NCBI GenBank assembly: GCA_003140175.1
Contig: PLJD01000096.1
Location: forward strand, 16,324-80,323
Origin: Actinomycetota bacterium
GTDB taxonomy: Bacteria > Actinomycetota > Acidimicrobiia > IMCC26256 > PALSA-555
Length of the DNA: 64,000 nt
Reading direction: 5' to 3'
A program made the position numbers and the translations under genes. Below the pieces are notes generated by a model, which was not told where the DNA came from, made no database searches, and saw only the letters and a list, made by a program, of their open reading frames with translations. Shown piece by piece: positions 1 to 9,851 of this stretch (position 1 is the stretch's first letter; every line of letters begins with the position of its first letter).

Positions 1-216
1 GCAGGCGCGGGCGCACACGTCGAGGATGGCGCGACGCTCATCGGCCTCGAGCAGCGGGGTCTCCCCGGTCGTGCCGAGCGGCACGAGGCCCGCCACGCCC
101 GCCTCGAGGTACCGCTCGGCGAGGCCGGCCAGGGCGTCGAGTGCGACCGACCCGTCGGACGCGAACGGGGTGATCAAGGGGATGTACACGCCGCGCAACG
201 TCGCGTCGGTTCCCAC
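1..216 (-). CDS. dapA: 4-hydroxy-tetrahydrodipicolinate synthase, 5' part (runs off the window edge)
   Basis: Manual minus-strand translation from GTG at 216: MGTDATLRGVYIPLITPFASDGSVALDALAGLAERYLEAGVAGLVPLGTTGE, with the DapA TPF and GTTGE motifs. Not in the ORF track. Confidence 0.85.
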   Translation of the reverse strand, partial: MGTDATLRGVYIPLITPFASDGSVALDALAGLAERYLEAGVAGLVPLGTTGETPLLEADERRAILDVCARAC

Positions 217-241
217 GTCGTCGAGGGTAGCCTCCGCGGGG

Positions 242-1072
242 ATGTCCGACACGTGGCGAATCGTGTTGACCGGCCTGTTCGGCGTCGGGACCGGGCTCTT
301 GTCCGGCATGTTCGGGATCGGCGGGGCTGTCGTGTCGACCCCGGCGATCCGGCTGCTGGGCGCCACGCCGATCGCCGCGATCGGCTCGACGGTCCCCTCG
401 ATCATCCCGTCGGCGGTCACCGGCGCGTACCGCTACGCGCGCGAGCACCTCGTGGACTGGCGCGTGGTCGTGTGGACCGGGGCGACGGGGGCCGCGGCGG
501 CGGTCGGCGGCGCGTTCGCCAGCGGCGCCGTCCCCGGGGGCGGACATCCGCTCATGATCCTCACCGCGCTCATGGTCGGCTTCACGGCCTGGCGGCTCAG
601 CCGGCCCGTCACCGAGCCCGAACCCGAGCCGGTGCGCAGCGCCGAGGGCGCCACCGACGCCGCGCCGGGTCTGGCCCACCTCGCCGAGGGCCCACCCCGG
701 CTGGAGGCGTGGCGGCTCGCCGTGACCGGGATTGGCGCGGGTGCCCTGAGCGGCCTGCTGGGTATCGGCGGCGGGGTGCTCTTGGTCCCCGCGTTCACCA
801 GCTGGTGCCGGATGCCGATCAAGCCGGCGCTGGCGACGTCGCTGGCCTGCGTGGGCGTGCTGGCGGTCCCGAGCATGGTCACCCACGCCCTCCTCGGTCA
901 CATCAACTGGCTGTACGCGCTGCCGCTGTGCGTCGGCGTCGTCCCCGGGGCGCGCCTCGGCGCGCACCTCACGATCCGCTCGTCGGACCACACCTTGCGG
1001 TTCCTGATCGGAATCGTGCTCGGGATCGTCGCGGTCGCCTACGCCGCCGGGGAGATCATCGCCCTGGTGTGA
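242..1072 (+). CDS. TSUP (TauE/SafE) family transporter
   Basis: Two GLLSGxxGIGGG repeats, hydrophobic; start reset to ATG 242 (MSDTWRIV). Confidence 0.88.
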   Translation: MSDTWRIVLTGLFGVGTGLLSGMFGIGGAVVSTPAIRLLGATPIAAIGSTVPSIIPSAVTGAYRYAREHLVDWRVVVWTGATGAAAAVGGAFASGAVPGGGHPLMILTALMVGFTAWRLSRPVTEPEPEPVRSAEGATDAAPGLAHLAEGPPRLEAWRLAVTGIGAGALSGLLGIGGGVLLVPAFTSWCRMPIKPALATSLACVGVLAVPSMVTHALLGHINWLYALPLCVGVVPGARLGAHLTIRSSDHTLRFLIGIVLGIVAVAYAAGEIIALV

Positions 1073-1757
1073 TCGGCCGGTGGGCGAGCACCGTCGCTCG
1101 GGTCAGGACCGCGTCGAGCATCGCCTCGGTGAGGCGCCCGGTGAACGTGTTCTGCTGGCTGGGGTGGTAGCAGCCCAGAATCGTCGCCCGGGACGTCACC
1201 ACTTCCAGACCGTGCGCGAACCGGGGCCGGGGCCGGGGCAGCTCGACGCCCAGACCCGGGAGGACCCGCCACAGCGCCGCGTACGCGAAACCGCCGAGCA
1301 CGACGACGACCCGGACGTCTTCGAGCAGGGCGAGCTCGCGAGCGAAGTAGGGCAGGCACCGGTCGCGCTCGTCGGGGGTCGGATGGTTGTCCGGCGGGGC
1401 GCAGCGCACCGCGGCGGTGACGTACGCGCCGGACAAGGCCAGCCCGTCCCCGACCCGTTGCGACTCGGGCTGGTTGGCCAGCCCAGCTCGGCACAGCGCA
1501 CCGAAGAGCCAATCGCCGGAGCGGTCGCCGGTGAACACCCGTCCGGTGCGGTTCCCGCCGTGCGCGGCGGGAGCCAACCCGAGCAGCAGGATCGCGGCCC
1601 GCGGGTCCCCGAAGCCCGGCACGGGACGAGCCCAGTACGTCTCGTCACGAAACGCGGCTCGTTTGGTCCGACCGACCGTCTCGCGCCAGTCCACGAGACG
1701 CGGACACGCGCGACACGACACGATCTCCGACGTCAGATCGTCGAGCGCGGTGGGCAC
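1056..1757 (-). CDS. udgB: Uracil-DNA glycosylase, family 5 (UdgB-like)
   Basis: CRACPRL, GLAPAAHGGNRTGRVFTGD, RCAPPDN and HPSQQNT motifs. Confidence 0.92.
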   Translation of the reverse strand: MPTALDDLTSEIVSCRACPRLVDWRETVGRTKRAAFRDETYWARPVPGFGDPRAAILLLGLAPAAHGGNRTGRVFTGDRSGDWLFGALCRAGLANQPESQRVGDGLALSGAYVTAAVRCAPPDNHPTPDERDRCLPYFARELALLEDVRVVVVLGGFAYAALWRVLPGLGVELPRPRPRFAHGLEVVTSRATILGCYHPSQQNTFTGRLTEAMLDAVLTRATVLAHRPITPGR

Positions 1758-1789
1758 GGGGCGACGCTATCGCCGTAGTCTCAGCGGCC

Positions 1790-2734
1790 GTGCGCCTGCT
1801 GCTGATCGTCAACCCCACCGCGTCGTCGATGACGCCGCGGCGGCGCGTCCTGGTACAGCACGCGCTCGGTGAGGAACACCGCCTCGAGGTCGCCGAGACG
1901 ACACGCCGCGGCCACGCGACCCGTTTGGCACGCAACGCGGCGCGAGAAGGCTTCGACGCGGTCGTCGTGGCCGCGGGTGACGGCACCCTCAACGAGGCCG
2001 CCAACGGCCTGGCCGGGACGGGCACGGCGTTGGCCCCCCTGCCGGGCGGGTCGACGAACGTGTTCGCCCGGACGATCGGTGTCCCGAACTCAATGCGGGC
2101 GGCGACCAGCCAACTGGTCGCCAGCCTCGCTGCCCGCTCACTGCAGCGCGTCGGGCTCGGCTCCGGCAACGGCCGGCGTTTCCTGTTCCACCTAGGCGCC
2201 GGTTTCGACGCCGAGGTGATCGAGCAGGTGGAACGCCACGCGTGGCTCAAACGATCGCTGGCCCATCCGACGTTCGCCGTCGCGGCCCTGACCACCTTCT
2301 ACCGGGGCTTCGACCGCACCCATCCGGCCTACCGGGTCGAGATCGATGGGGTACCGCTCGGCGACGGGTACTTCGCCATCATCTCGAACACGTCGCCGTA
2401 CGCCTTCTTCGGCGTGCGGCCCCTCACGGTCACCCGCGCCGCGGGGCTGGACCGTGGGCTGGCGATCACCATGTTCCAGCGGCTCGATCCTGGCGTGCTG
2501 CTGCCCGCGGCGCTGTCGGCGATGCTGCGGGGCCGGCGACTCCAGCGCCACCCCGACATCATCCAGGGGGCGGATCTCGACACGCTCGACCTGATCGCGC
2601 ACGGCTCCCCGTTCCCGTGGCAGGTCGACGGCGACTACCTCGGCGAGGTCGAACGCCTCGAGGTTCGCTACGAGCCCGACTCGTTAACGCTCGTCGTGCC
2701 CGGCGACGCGACGCGCCCGGCCGCTACCGGCTGA
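1790..2734 (+). CDS. Diacylglycerol/lipid kinase family protein
   Basis: NP, GDGTLNE, LPGGSTNVFAR and QVDGD motifs. Confidence 0.9.
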   Translation: MRLLLIVNPTASSMTPRRRVLVQHALGEEHRLEVAETTRRGHATRLARNAAREGFDAVVVAAGDGTLNEAANGLAGTGTALAPLPGGSTNVFARTIGVPNSMRAATSQLVASLAARSLQRVGLGSGNGRRFLFHLGAGFDAEVIEQVERHAWLKRSLAHPTFAVAALTTFYRGFDRTHPAYRVEIDGVPLGDGYFAIISNTSPYAFFGVRPLTVTRAAGLDRGLAITMFQRLDPGVLLPAALSAMLRGRRLQRHPDIIQGADLDTLDLIAHGSPFPWQVDGDYLGEVERLEVRYEPDSLTLVVPGDATRPAATG

Positions 2735-3446
2735 GGGCGCGCAGCGCCACGTCGGGCTCGTCGGTGATGACCGCGTCGACCCCCGCCCCGCTCAGCCGCC
2801 GGACCCTCGCGGCCCCGTTCACCGTCCAGACGTGCAGCCGCACGCCGCGCTCGTGCGCGCGGTCGGCGACGGCGCCGGCCCGTGCGCCGCGCAGCGCTCG
2901 CAGGTGCGGGTGCAGCGCGGCGTGCCCACCGTCGGCGACCAGGGAGACGGCCACGTTCGGGTCGAAGCCCGACAGGGTGAGCAGCGCGGTGGGGGTGCGC
3001 GGGTCGCCGGCGCGCGCCCGGTTCAGGGCCTCAAGGTTGAACGACGAGATGAGCACGTCGTCCCGGCGCCCCCGCCGGGCCAGCGTGTCGGCGACGAGGG
3101 GCACCAAGCGGTCGTCGGGGTCGTAGTCCGGCTCGCCGGGGAGGCACTTGAGCTCAACGTTCACGAGCGCGCCGACGCACGCCTCGAGGGCCTCGTCGAG
3201 CGTGGGCAGCTCGGGTCGGGCGGCCCGCACCGCGGCGAAGGGCAGCTCGGCGAGCAGCCCGAGGTCCTGCACGGCCGCGTCGTGGTGCACCACGACGACG
3301 TCGTCGGCGGTATGGCGAGCGTCGAGCTCGACGCCGTCGGCACCCAGCTCGAGGGCCCGGGCGAATGCCGCCCGGGTGTTCTCGGGCGCCTGGCGGCGGG
3401 CGCCCCGGTGGGCCCACACCTGGGTGAGGGCGCTGGCGGGCACCAC
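2724..3446 (-). CDS. Glycerophosphodiester phosphodiesterase
   Basis: AHRG, PENT, VELD, HD, ELK, WTVN and ITD motifs; start trimmed to a GTG at about 3446. Confidence 0.9.
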   Translation of the reverse strand: MVPASALTQVWAHRGARRQAPENTRAAFARALELGADGVELDARHTADDVVVVHHDAAVQDLGLLAELPFAAVRAARPELPTLDEALEACVGALVNVELKCLPGEPDYDPDDRLVPLVADTLARRGRRDDVLISSFNLEALNRARAGDPRTPTALLTLSGFDPNVAVSLVADGGHAALHPHLRALRGARAGAVADRAHERGVRLHVWTVNGAARVRRLSGAGVDAVITDEPDVALRALSR

Positions 3447-3614
3447 GGCATGGTACGAGCCGCGAAAGCGCAGGTCAGACCCCTTGTGGTGTTGGGCGCG
3501 CAGATCTACGCTCCGGGACGCCTGGAGGCGACGGCCCCGAGGCACGCGCCGGAGCCCCGAGCCCGGCAGCGCGGGCTTACCACCGGCGACGTGCCGATAA
3601 CGCAAGGAACAGCA

Positions 3615-3905
3615 GTGGCGCTCACCTGGATCCGCACCCACGACTGGGACGCTGAGGCTTGGCGGTCCCGCTCGGCGTGCCGCGACTCCGACCCCGACGT
3701 CTTCTTCCCCATCGGGACCACCGGTCCCGCGCTAGAACAGATCGAAACGGCGCGCCGGATCTGTACCGCGTGCCAGGTCACCGACGAATGCCTCGAGTTC
3801 GCCCTGGCCACCAACCAGGAAGCGGGCATCTGGGGCGGAACGACCGAGGAGGAGCGACGCAAGCTCCGCAAAGCCTGGGTCGCCCGCCAACGCGCCGCGT
3901 CGTAG
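3615..3905 (+). CDS. whiB1: WhiB family Fe-S transcription factor (WhiB1-like)
   Basis: ACRDSDPDVFFPIGTTGPA...CTACQV..C...GIWGGTTEEERR; AAGGA RBS upstream of GTG 3615; next to a PdtaS homologue. Confidence 0.9.
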   Translation: MALTWIRTHDWDAEAWRSRSACRDSDPDVFFPIGTTGPALEQIETARRICTACQVTDECLEFALATNQEAGIWGGTTEEERRKLRKAWVARQRAAS

Positions 3906-3927
3906 CGGCCCTCGTCACCCAGCCCGC

Positions 3928-5415
3928 TTAGAGCGTCCCGAACTCCCCCGGGGCCGCCGGTTTCAACGGCACCCGCAGGCTGACCCGCGTCCCGTGGTCG
4001 TCGCGCATCTCGATCGAGCCGCCAAGCTCGCTGGTCACGAGCGCGTGCACGATCGACAGGCCCAGACCCCTCGAATCCTCGAGGGAGAAGTCAGGCGGCA
4101 GGCCGACGCCGTCGTCGACGACGTCGAGGGCCAGCTCGCCCTCCCGGCGGCGGACGATCACCCGCACGTGACCTTCGCTGGGGGCGCCGTCGGCGCCGTC
4201 TGGGAATGCGTGGTCGACGGCGTTTTGCATCAGCTCATTCAGGACGACCGCGAGGGGGGTCGCGATCTCTCCCGGCAGGAGCCCCGCGTTGCCCTCGACG
4301 TCGAAGTGCAGGCGCAGCTCGGGGGTCGAGACCGTCTCCTCCACGACTCGCACCAGCGGCCCGATGATCTCGGCGAAGTCGACAACGTCGGCCGCGTCGC
4401 GCGACAGGGTCTCGTGCACGATGGCGATCGAGCGGATCCGTCGCTCCGATTCCTGGAGCGCCTCTTGGGCCTCGGGGGTGCTCAGCCGCCGACCCTGCAG
4501 GCGTAGCAGCGCGGCGATCGTCTGGAGGTTGTTCTTCACCCGGTGGTGGATCTCGCGGATCGTGGCGTCCTTCGACAACAGGATCCGGTCGCGGCGGCGC
4601 AGGTCCGTGACGTCGCGCACGAGGATCATCGCCCCGGTCGAGCGTTTCCGCTCCAGCAGCGGGATGGCTTGGATCAGCACCGACGTCTCGCCCCGCTCGA
4701 TCTCCTCGGTGACCGGGACCCGCAGCCGGAACGCGGCCTCGGCCGCGTCCTGGTCGAAGCCGATCTCCCCGAGGAGCAGCCCGTGCGTGTACGCGTGGAT
4801 CCCCAACCGGTGCAGCGAGCTGATGGCGTTCGGGCTGGTGAACCGGATCCGGAGCTGGTCGTCGAGCAGGATTACGCCGTCGGCGACCCGGGGTGCCTCC
4901 TCCAGCGCCACCTCGTCGCGGGGGAACGGGAACGAGCCTTCGGTCATCATCCGGGCGAAGCGCTCGAAGGTGTCGAGGTAGACACGCTCGAGCTCCCCCT
5001 GGCGGCGCCCCGACGTGGTCGGCGACTCCCGAGACACCACCGCGATCGGCGCCCCGTCCAGCAGGAGCGGGATGCACTCCGTCCGGGCCCGCTCCGCCGA
5101 GCCCAGGACCGTTGCGTCGCCGCCCACGATCTCGAGCTTGCGCCACGCCCGAGCGACGAGTGGTCGCTCCACCTCCTGGACGACGGTGCCGATCAGCTCG
5201 GGGGGATACAGGGTCTGGCCGGTCACCGGACGGACGTGGGCGAGGACCACGAAGCGGTGCCCCTCCTCGCCCTCGACCGGCGCGAGGGCGAGCAGGTCGG
5301 CGAAGCACAGATCGGCGAGCGGCTGCCAGGACGCCACGAGCCGCTGGAGGTGGCGGAGCGTCGCACCCCGCAAGCCGGTGTTGGCGTGCGCGAGGTCAAA
5401 GAGCCCGACTGCCAT
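3928..5415 (-). CDS. pdtaS: Sensor histidine kinase PdtaS (H_kinase_N, PAS, HisKA_2)
   Basis: WQPLADLCFADL N-terminus, EIHHRVKNNLQ, ELMQNA, DDGVG, GLGL. Confidence 0.9.
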   Translation of the reverse strand: MAVGLFDLAHANTGLRGATLRHLQRLVASWQPLADLCFADLLALAPVEGEEGHRFVVLAHVRPVTGQTLYPPELIGTVVQEVERPLVARAWRKLEIVGGDATVLGSAERARTECIPLLLDGAPIAVVSRESPTTSGRRQGELERVYLDTFERFARMMTEGSFPFPRDEVALEEAPRVADGVILLDDQLRIRFTSPNAISSLHRLGIHAYTHGLLLGEIGFDQDAAEAAFRLRVPVTEEIERGETSVLIQAIPLLERKRSTGAMILVRDVTDLRRRDRILLSKDATIREIHHRVKNNLQTIAALLRLQGRRLSTPEAQEALQESERRIRSIAIVHETLSRDAADVVDFAEIIGPLVRVVEETVSTPELRLHFDVEGNAGLLPGEIATPLAVVLNELMQNAVDHAFPDGADGAPSEGHVRVIVRRREGELALDVVDDGVGLPPDFSLEDSRGLGLSIVHALVTSELGGSIEMRDDHGTRVSLRVPLKPAAPGEFGTL

Positions 5416-5425
5416 GTCAGAGAGG

Positions 5426-6613
5426 TTACGAACTCCCGAGCAGCGCCCGGCCGATCCTCGCCAGCCCGGCGAGATCGTGGACGTCGTCGGGGAAAGCCGG
5501 CACTGACGCCACCACGTCGGGGACCCGTCCGAGCTCCTCGCGCACCTCCCGTTCGCGGGTCGCCACCACGCTGTAGTCGCGGAACGTGGCCCCGATCGTG
5601 CGGAGGACCCGGGCGGTGCGCTCGAGGTCCTCGAGGCCGCGCTCGCCGAGCGCGGCGACGCTCTCGGCGAGCCGCTCGGACTGATCGCAGAGCAACGTGG
5701 CGGCGGCCTGCCCGTCGGGTGACGTCAAGAAGTCGGGAAGAACCCGGTTGAGCACGATGGCGCCGAGCGGAAAGCGGCGGGCGGCGAGCTCCTGGCAGAA
5801 GAACTCCGCCTCCCGCAGCGGCGCCCCGTCGAGGGTGGTGACGACGACGAAGCTGGTCCGCCGGTCGTGGAGGAGCCGCTCGACCGCTTGCGCGCGGGTG
5901 ATGAAGCCGTCGTACATGCTCTGGAAGTTCAAGAAGAACTCCGCGATGTCTTGGAGGAACTGGCTGCCCAGCACGCGATCGGCGAGCTGGTAGAAGGGGC
6001 GGCTGGCGAAGTTCACGATCCGAGCCCCGCGGCGTCCCGCCAGACGGTACGGGGTGATGAGCCAGCGCAAAAGCCGTCCGCCAAAGAAGTCAGCCATCCG
6101 GTTGGGTGCCTCGAGGAAATCGAGGGCGTTACGGGTGGGTGGCGTGTCGACGACGATGAGGTCGTAGCGTCCGGACGAGTGCAGGTCGTAGAGGCGCTCC
6201 ATCGCGATGTAGTCGTGGCTCTGCACGAAGCGCGCCGTGATGTTGTGGTACAGGCGGTTCTCGAGGATCTTGTAGGCGGTCTCCTCGTCGGGCGCGTGGC
6301 GCAGCACCAGGTCGTCCCACGACGCCTTCGTGTCCAGCATCGCCGCGTAAAGCTCCCCGCGGGGTTCGAGCCCCGCCGCTCGCAGCGCCGCATCGGGGAC
6401 CCGGCGCTCAACGTTGCCGATCCCCTCGAGCCCGAGCGCGTCGGCGAGACGCCGCGCCGGGTCGATGGTCAACACCAGGACGGTCCCGCCGAGCTCGGTG
6501 ACGGCGGCCACGGCCGTCGCGGCGGCGGTCGTGGTCTTGCCGACGCCGCCCGACCCGCAGAACACGACGATCTCCCGCGAGGCCAGGAGCGACTCGAGGC
6601 TGGTGGTGGTCAC
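5426..6613 (-). CDS. ArsA/Get3-family ATPase
   Basis: GSGGVGKTT, TIDPARRLADALG, DTPPT; GTG start overlaps the upstream stop. Confidence 0.9.
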   Translation of the reverse strand: MTTTSLESLLASREIVVFCGSGGVGKTTTAAATAVAAVTELGGTVLVLTIDPARRLADALGLEGIGNVERRVPDAALRAAGLEPRGELYAAMLDTKASWDDLVLRHAPDEETAYKILENRLYHNITARFVQSHDYIAMERLYDLHSSGRYDLIVVDTPPTRNALDFLEAPNRMADFFGGRLLRWLITPYRLAGRRGARIVNFASRPFYQLADRVLGSQFLQDIAEFFLNFQSMYDGFITRAQAVERLLHDRRTSFVVVTTLDGAPLREAEFFCQELAARRFPLGAIVLNRVLPDFLTSPDGQAAATLLCDQSERLAESVAALGERGLEDLERTARVLRTIGATFRDYSVVATREREVREELGRVPDVVASVPAFPDDVHDLAGLARIGRALLGSS

Positions 6614-7584
6614 TGTCCCAGCTCCTCGGCCAGGTGTTCGGCAACCATGCGGGTCACGCGCAGACCGTGGTCGCGCACGAAGAGATACGGCAGATACAGC
6701 AGCGGAAGGTCGACCGCGTCCCGCAGCCGGGTGAGGTGCACCGACCGAGAGCGTCGCAGCGACACGGCGAGGCGCGTCGCGTCGAGAACCGCGCTCGCAC
6801 CGGCGCCCAACTCGGCGTCGAGGCGATCGCGAGGCGACCCGGACAGCAGGGCGTCGAAGACCGGCTCGTCGGCGCGGGTGAACGGCTCCGGCAGCACCCG
6901 GTTGACGACCACCGAGCCGAGCGGCACGTCGAGCTCGACGCGGGCGCGGTCCACCAGCTCGATCGTCTCGTTCACCGGCATCTCCTCGGGTGCGGTGACG
7001 ACATGGAGGGCGGTGACCGCAGGGTCGGCCAGCAGCTCGGCCATCCAGTCGGTTTGCTGACGGACCGGCCCCACCTGGACCAGCTCCTGGATCGCCCGCG
7101 GCGAATCGAGCTGGGCGAGCACGTGACCGGTCGCGGCGGCGTCGACGAGGACGAGATCCCAGTCGGCGCGACCCTGCAAGGACTCGCGGACCTCCCAGCA
7201 CACCTTCCCGACGGTCAGGATCTCCTTGACGCCGGGCGCCGCGGTCGCGACGAAGTCGAGCACGCTCGCCAAGGGGCCCAGCCGGCCGATCACCGGGATG
7301 CGCAGGTTCAAGCGGAGGTACTCGCGCAGGGCCGCCTCGGTGCGCATCTGCATCGCGCACACCCCCGGGTAGATCTCGACGGGGTCGAAGCCGACCGGCG
7401 GATGCTCGAAGAGCGACGTCAGGTTGCCCTTGGCGTCGACCTCGACGAGCAGCACCCGACGTCCCTGCTCCGCGGCGAGCAGCGCGACGGCGGCCGTCAC
7501 GGTGCTCTTGCCGACACCACCCTTGCCGGTGAAGAACAACAATCGGCGGTCGAGGAAGCCCGCGCCGGGCGGCGCCGGGGTCAC
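6610..7584 (-). CDS. ArsA/Get3-family ATPase (second of the tandem pair)
   Basis: GKGGVGKST, APGVKEIL, DAAATGH, PEEMPVNET. Confidence 0.9.
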   Translation of the reverse strand: MTPAPPGAGFLDRRLLFFTGKGGVGKSTVTAAVALLAAEQGRRVLLVEVDAKGNLTSLFEHPPVGFDPVEIYPGVCAMQMRTEAALREYLRLNLRIPVIGRLGPLASVLDFVATAAPGVKEILTVGKVCWEVRESLQGRADWDLVLVDAAATGHVLAQLDSPRAIQELVQVGPVRQQTDWMAELLADPAVTALHVVTAPEEMPVNETIELVDRARVELDVPLGSVVVNRVLPEPFTRADEPVFDALLSGSPRDRLDAELGAGASAVLDATRLAVSLRRSRSVHLTRLRDAVDLPLLYLPYLFVRDHGLRVTRMVAEHLAEELGQ

Positions 7585-7588
7585 CCGA

Positions 7589-7819
7589 TCAGCCGGGGCC
7601 GAACCCGACCCGCTTGGTGGCCCCGTCAGCCTCGATCTCGACGTACACGACCCGCTCGGCAGGGACGCCGACCCGACGGCCCGACACGTCCGTCAGCCAC
7701 AACACGCCGCCCTTCCCCGCGAGCACGTCGTTGACCGACGTCTCGACCTCCGCGGCCGTGCCGGCCACCTCCAGGGCCAACTCCTTTGGCGAGTGGAGCA
7801 CACCGATGCGAACGTCCAT
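7589..7819 (-). CDS. DUF3107 family protein
   Basis: MDVRIGVLHSPKELALE...LWLTD..GRRVGVP...YVEI...VGF. Confidence 0.85.
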   Translation of the reverse strand: MDVRIGVLHSPKELALEVAGTAAEVETSVNDVLAGKGGVLWLTDVSGRRVGVPAERVVYVEIEADGATKRVGFGPG

Positions 7820-7866
7820 CCCGAGGACTGTACCGGCCGTCCCGGCGGGGGCTCGGCTCCGCCCGG

Positions 7867-9054
7867 TCAGGAGATCCGCAGCTCGGGGTGGCGGATGCGG
7901 CGCGGCGCCAGCGTGTCGACCTGTTCGGCGAGGGCGACGAAAGCCTGCGCGGCGAGACTGTCGGGCTCCGACACCGTGATCGGGTTGCCGACGTCGCCGC
8001 CCACCCGCAGCGCGGAGACGAGGGGGATCTGTCCGAGCAGCGGGACGCGGAGGGAGTCCGCCAGCTCCTGGCCGCCGCCAGCACCGAAGATCTCGTAGCG
8101 CTTCCCGTCGTCGCCGAGAAACCACGACATGTTCTCGACCACGCCGATCACCGCCAGGTTCACGCGCTCGGCCATCGCCGCGCTGCGCTGCGCGACCCGC
8201 TGCGCGGCCGGCTGGGGAGTCGTGACGACGATCACCTCGGCGCCCGGGAGCAGCTGGGCCACCGAGAGCGCGACGTCGCCGGTCCCCGGGGGCAGGTCGA
8301 CGACGAGCACGTCGGGCTCCCCCCAATGCACGTCGGTGAGAAACTGCTCGAGCGCCTTGTGGAGCATCGGGCCCCGCCAGATCACCGCCTGGTCGTCGCG
8401 GGCGAAGAACCCCATCGACACGAGCTGCACGCCGTGGGCGCGCGGCGGGATGATCACGTCGTCGATCACACCGGGTGGATGATCGACCCCGAACATCCGG
8501 GGCAGTGAGAACCCCCACACGTCGGCGTCGACCGCCGCGACCCGCCGGCCCCGCTGGGCGAGCGCCACCGCGAGGTTCGTGCTGACCGACGATTTGCCGA
8601 CCCCACCCTTGCCGGACGCGACAGCCAGGATCCGGGTCGACGCGTCAGTGAACGGGTTGCGCCGCGGCGCGGGAGCAGCGGGGCGGGCCGAGGCGTCGAC
8701 AACCGCCAGCGGATTCGGGGCTGCCTCACCCTTGAGCGCGCGGGCGGCGTCGACCGCCTCCGCCTCCGTCATGGCGCGCCGGTCGACCTCGACGTTCGTC
8801 ACCCCGGGCACCGCGCCGACGGCCGCCTCCACGCGGCGGAGCAGCGGCTCGGAAGGCCACCCCTCCTCGGGCAGCGCCAACGCGAGGTGCACGACCACCC
8901 GGTCCCCGGCTTGCTCCACCCCGGCGACCTCGCCCAGGTCCACGATCGAGAGTCCGAGCTCGGGGTCCTCGACAGCGCGAAGCGCCGCCCGGACCTGGGA
9001 GTCGTCGGCGGGCACGGCAGCCTCCGCGGGGACGGGATTTTCCACTACGGGCAT
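7867..9054 (-). CDS. mrp: Mrp/NBP35 (ApbC) Fe-S carrier ATPase with N-terminal DUF59
   Basis: DPELGLSIVDLG, SGKGGVGKSS, DADVWG, WRGPML, DLPPGTGD, ENMS. Confidence 0.9.
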   Translation of the reverse strand: MPVVENPVPAEAAVPADDSQVRAALRAVEDPELGLSIVDLGEVAGVEQAGDRVVVHLALALPEEGWPSEPLLRRVEAAVGAVPGVTNVEVDRRAMTEAEAVDAARALKGEAAPNPLAVVDASARPAAPAPRRNPFTDASTRILAVASGKGGVGKSSVSTNLAVALAQRGRRVAAVDADVWGFSLPRMFGVDHPPGVIDDVIIPPRAHGVQLVSMGFFARDDQAVIWRGPMLHKALEQFLTDVHWGEPDVLVVDLPPGTGDVALSVAQLLPGAEVIVVTTPQPAAQRVAQRSAAMAERVNLAVIGVVENMSWFLGDDGKRYEIFGAGGGQELADSLRVPLLGQIPLVSALRVGGDVGNPITVSEPDSLAAQAFVALAEQVDTLAPRRIRHPELRIS

Positions 9055-9070
9055 AGGTAGAATACCGGGC

Positions 9071-9841
9071 GTGGCCCCAGAGACCGCTTCGAGGCCTCGC
9101 CCCCGTCCCGACCCGAGCACCCCGCCGTCCGAGCGCGCGCTCAGCGCCGACGAGTTCACCGCCGCCGTCGCCGCGGTGACCAACGCCTTCGGCGACCCGA
9201 CCCGCCGGGAGATCTACCTCGCGGTCCGCGAGACCGCCGATGGGGTGACAACCGCCGATGTCGCCGAACGATTCGGCCTCCATCCCAACGTGGCCCGACA
9301 TCACCTCGAGAAACTCACCGGGGGCGGCTATCTGGCCGTGGACCCCGCCCGCGCCAGCGACGGCGCGCGGCCGGCGGGACGGCCCTCGAAGCGGTACCAG
9401 GCCACCGAACGCGACACGTTGGCGCTCCCGCTCCGCCAGGACGGGGTGCTCGCCAGCCTCCTCGCCCGCGCGCTCGACGCGCTCGGCGCCGACCAAGCCG
9501 AGGCGCTCGCCGATCAGGTCGGCTACCAATACGGCCGTGACCTGGCCAGCCGCATGGAGCCCGGCGCCGGCCACCGTTCGGCCCGAACCGCGCTCGCCGC
9601 GGTCGCCGACGCGCTCACCGCGCACGGGTTCGCCGCCCGGGCCGAGGCTCGCGGCGACGACTTCGCGATCATCTCAGAGTGCTGCCCGTTCGGCGACGCG
9701 GCCCAGCAATACCCCCACGTGGTCTGCGCCCTCGACCGGGGGATGATCCGGGGCATGCTCGCCGGCCTCTACGGCGAGACAACCCCGCATTTCGAATCGA
9801 GCCGCCCCGACGGCAGCGACCACTGCGTCGCCCGGGTCTGA
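9071..9841 (+). CDS. SufR-like winged-HTH transcriptional regulator
   Basis: GDPTRR, HPNVARHHL, GRPSKRY, C-terminal CCPF...VC...C; divergent from mrp and upstream of a cysteine desulfurase. Confidence 0.8.
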   Translation: MAPETASRPRPRPDPSTPPSERALSADEFTAAVAAVTNAFGDPTRREIYLAVRETADGVTTADVAERFGLHPNVARHHLEKLTGGGYLAVDPARASDGARPAGRPSKRYQATERDTLALPLRQDGVLASLLARALDALGADQAEALADQVGYQYGRDLASRMEPGAGHRSARTALAAVADALTAHGFAARAEARGDDFAIISECCPFGDAAQQYPHVVCALDRGMIRGMLAGLYGETTPHFESSRPDGSDHCVARV

Positions 9842-9851
9842 GACCCAGCCC

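Noticed and set aside
5426-7584. ArsA pair as arsenic resistance linked to the radical SAM
   Set aside because: This is the ordinary actinobacterial Get3-like tandem pair, with no arsB, arsC or arsR nearby.
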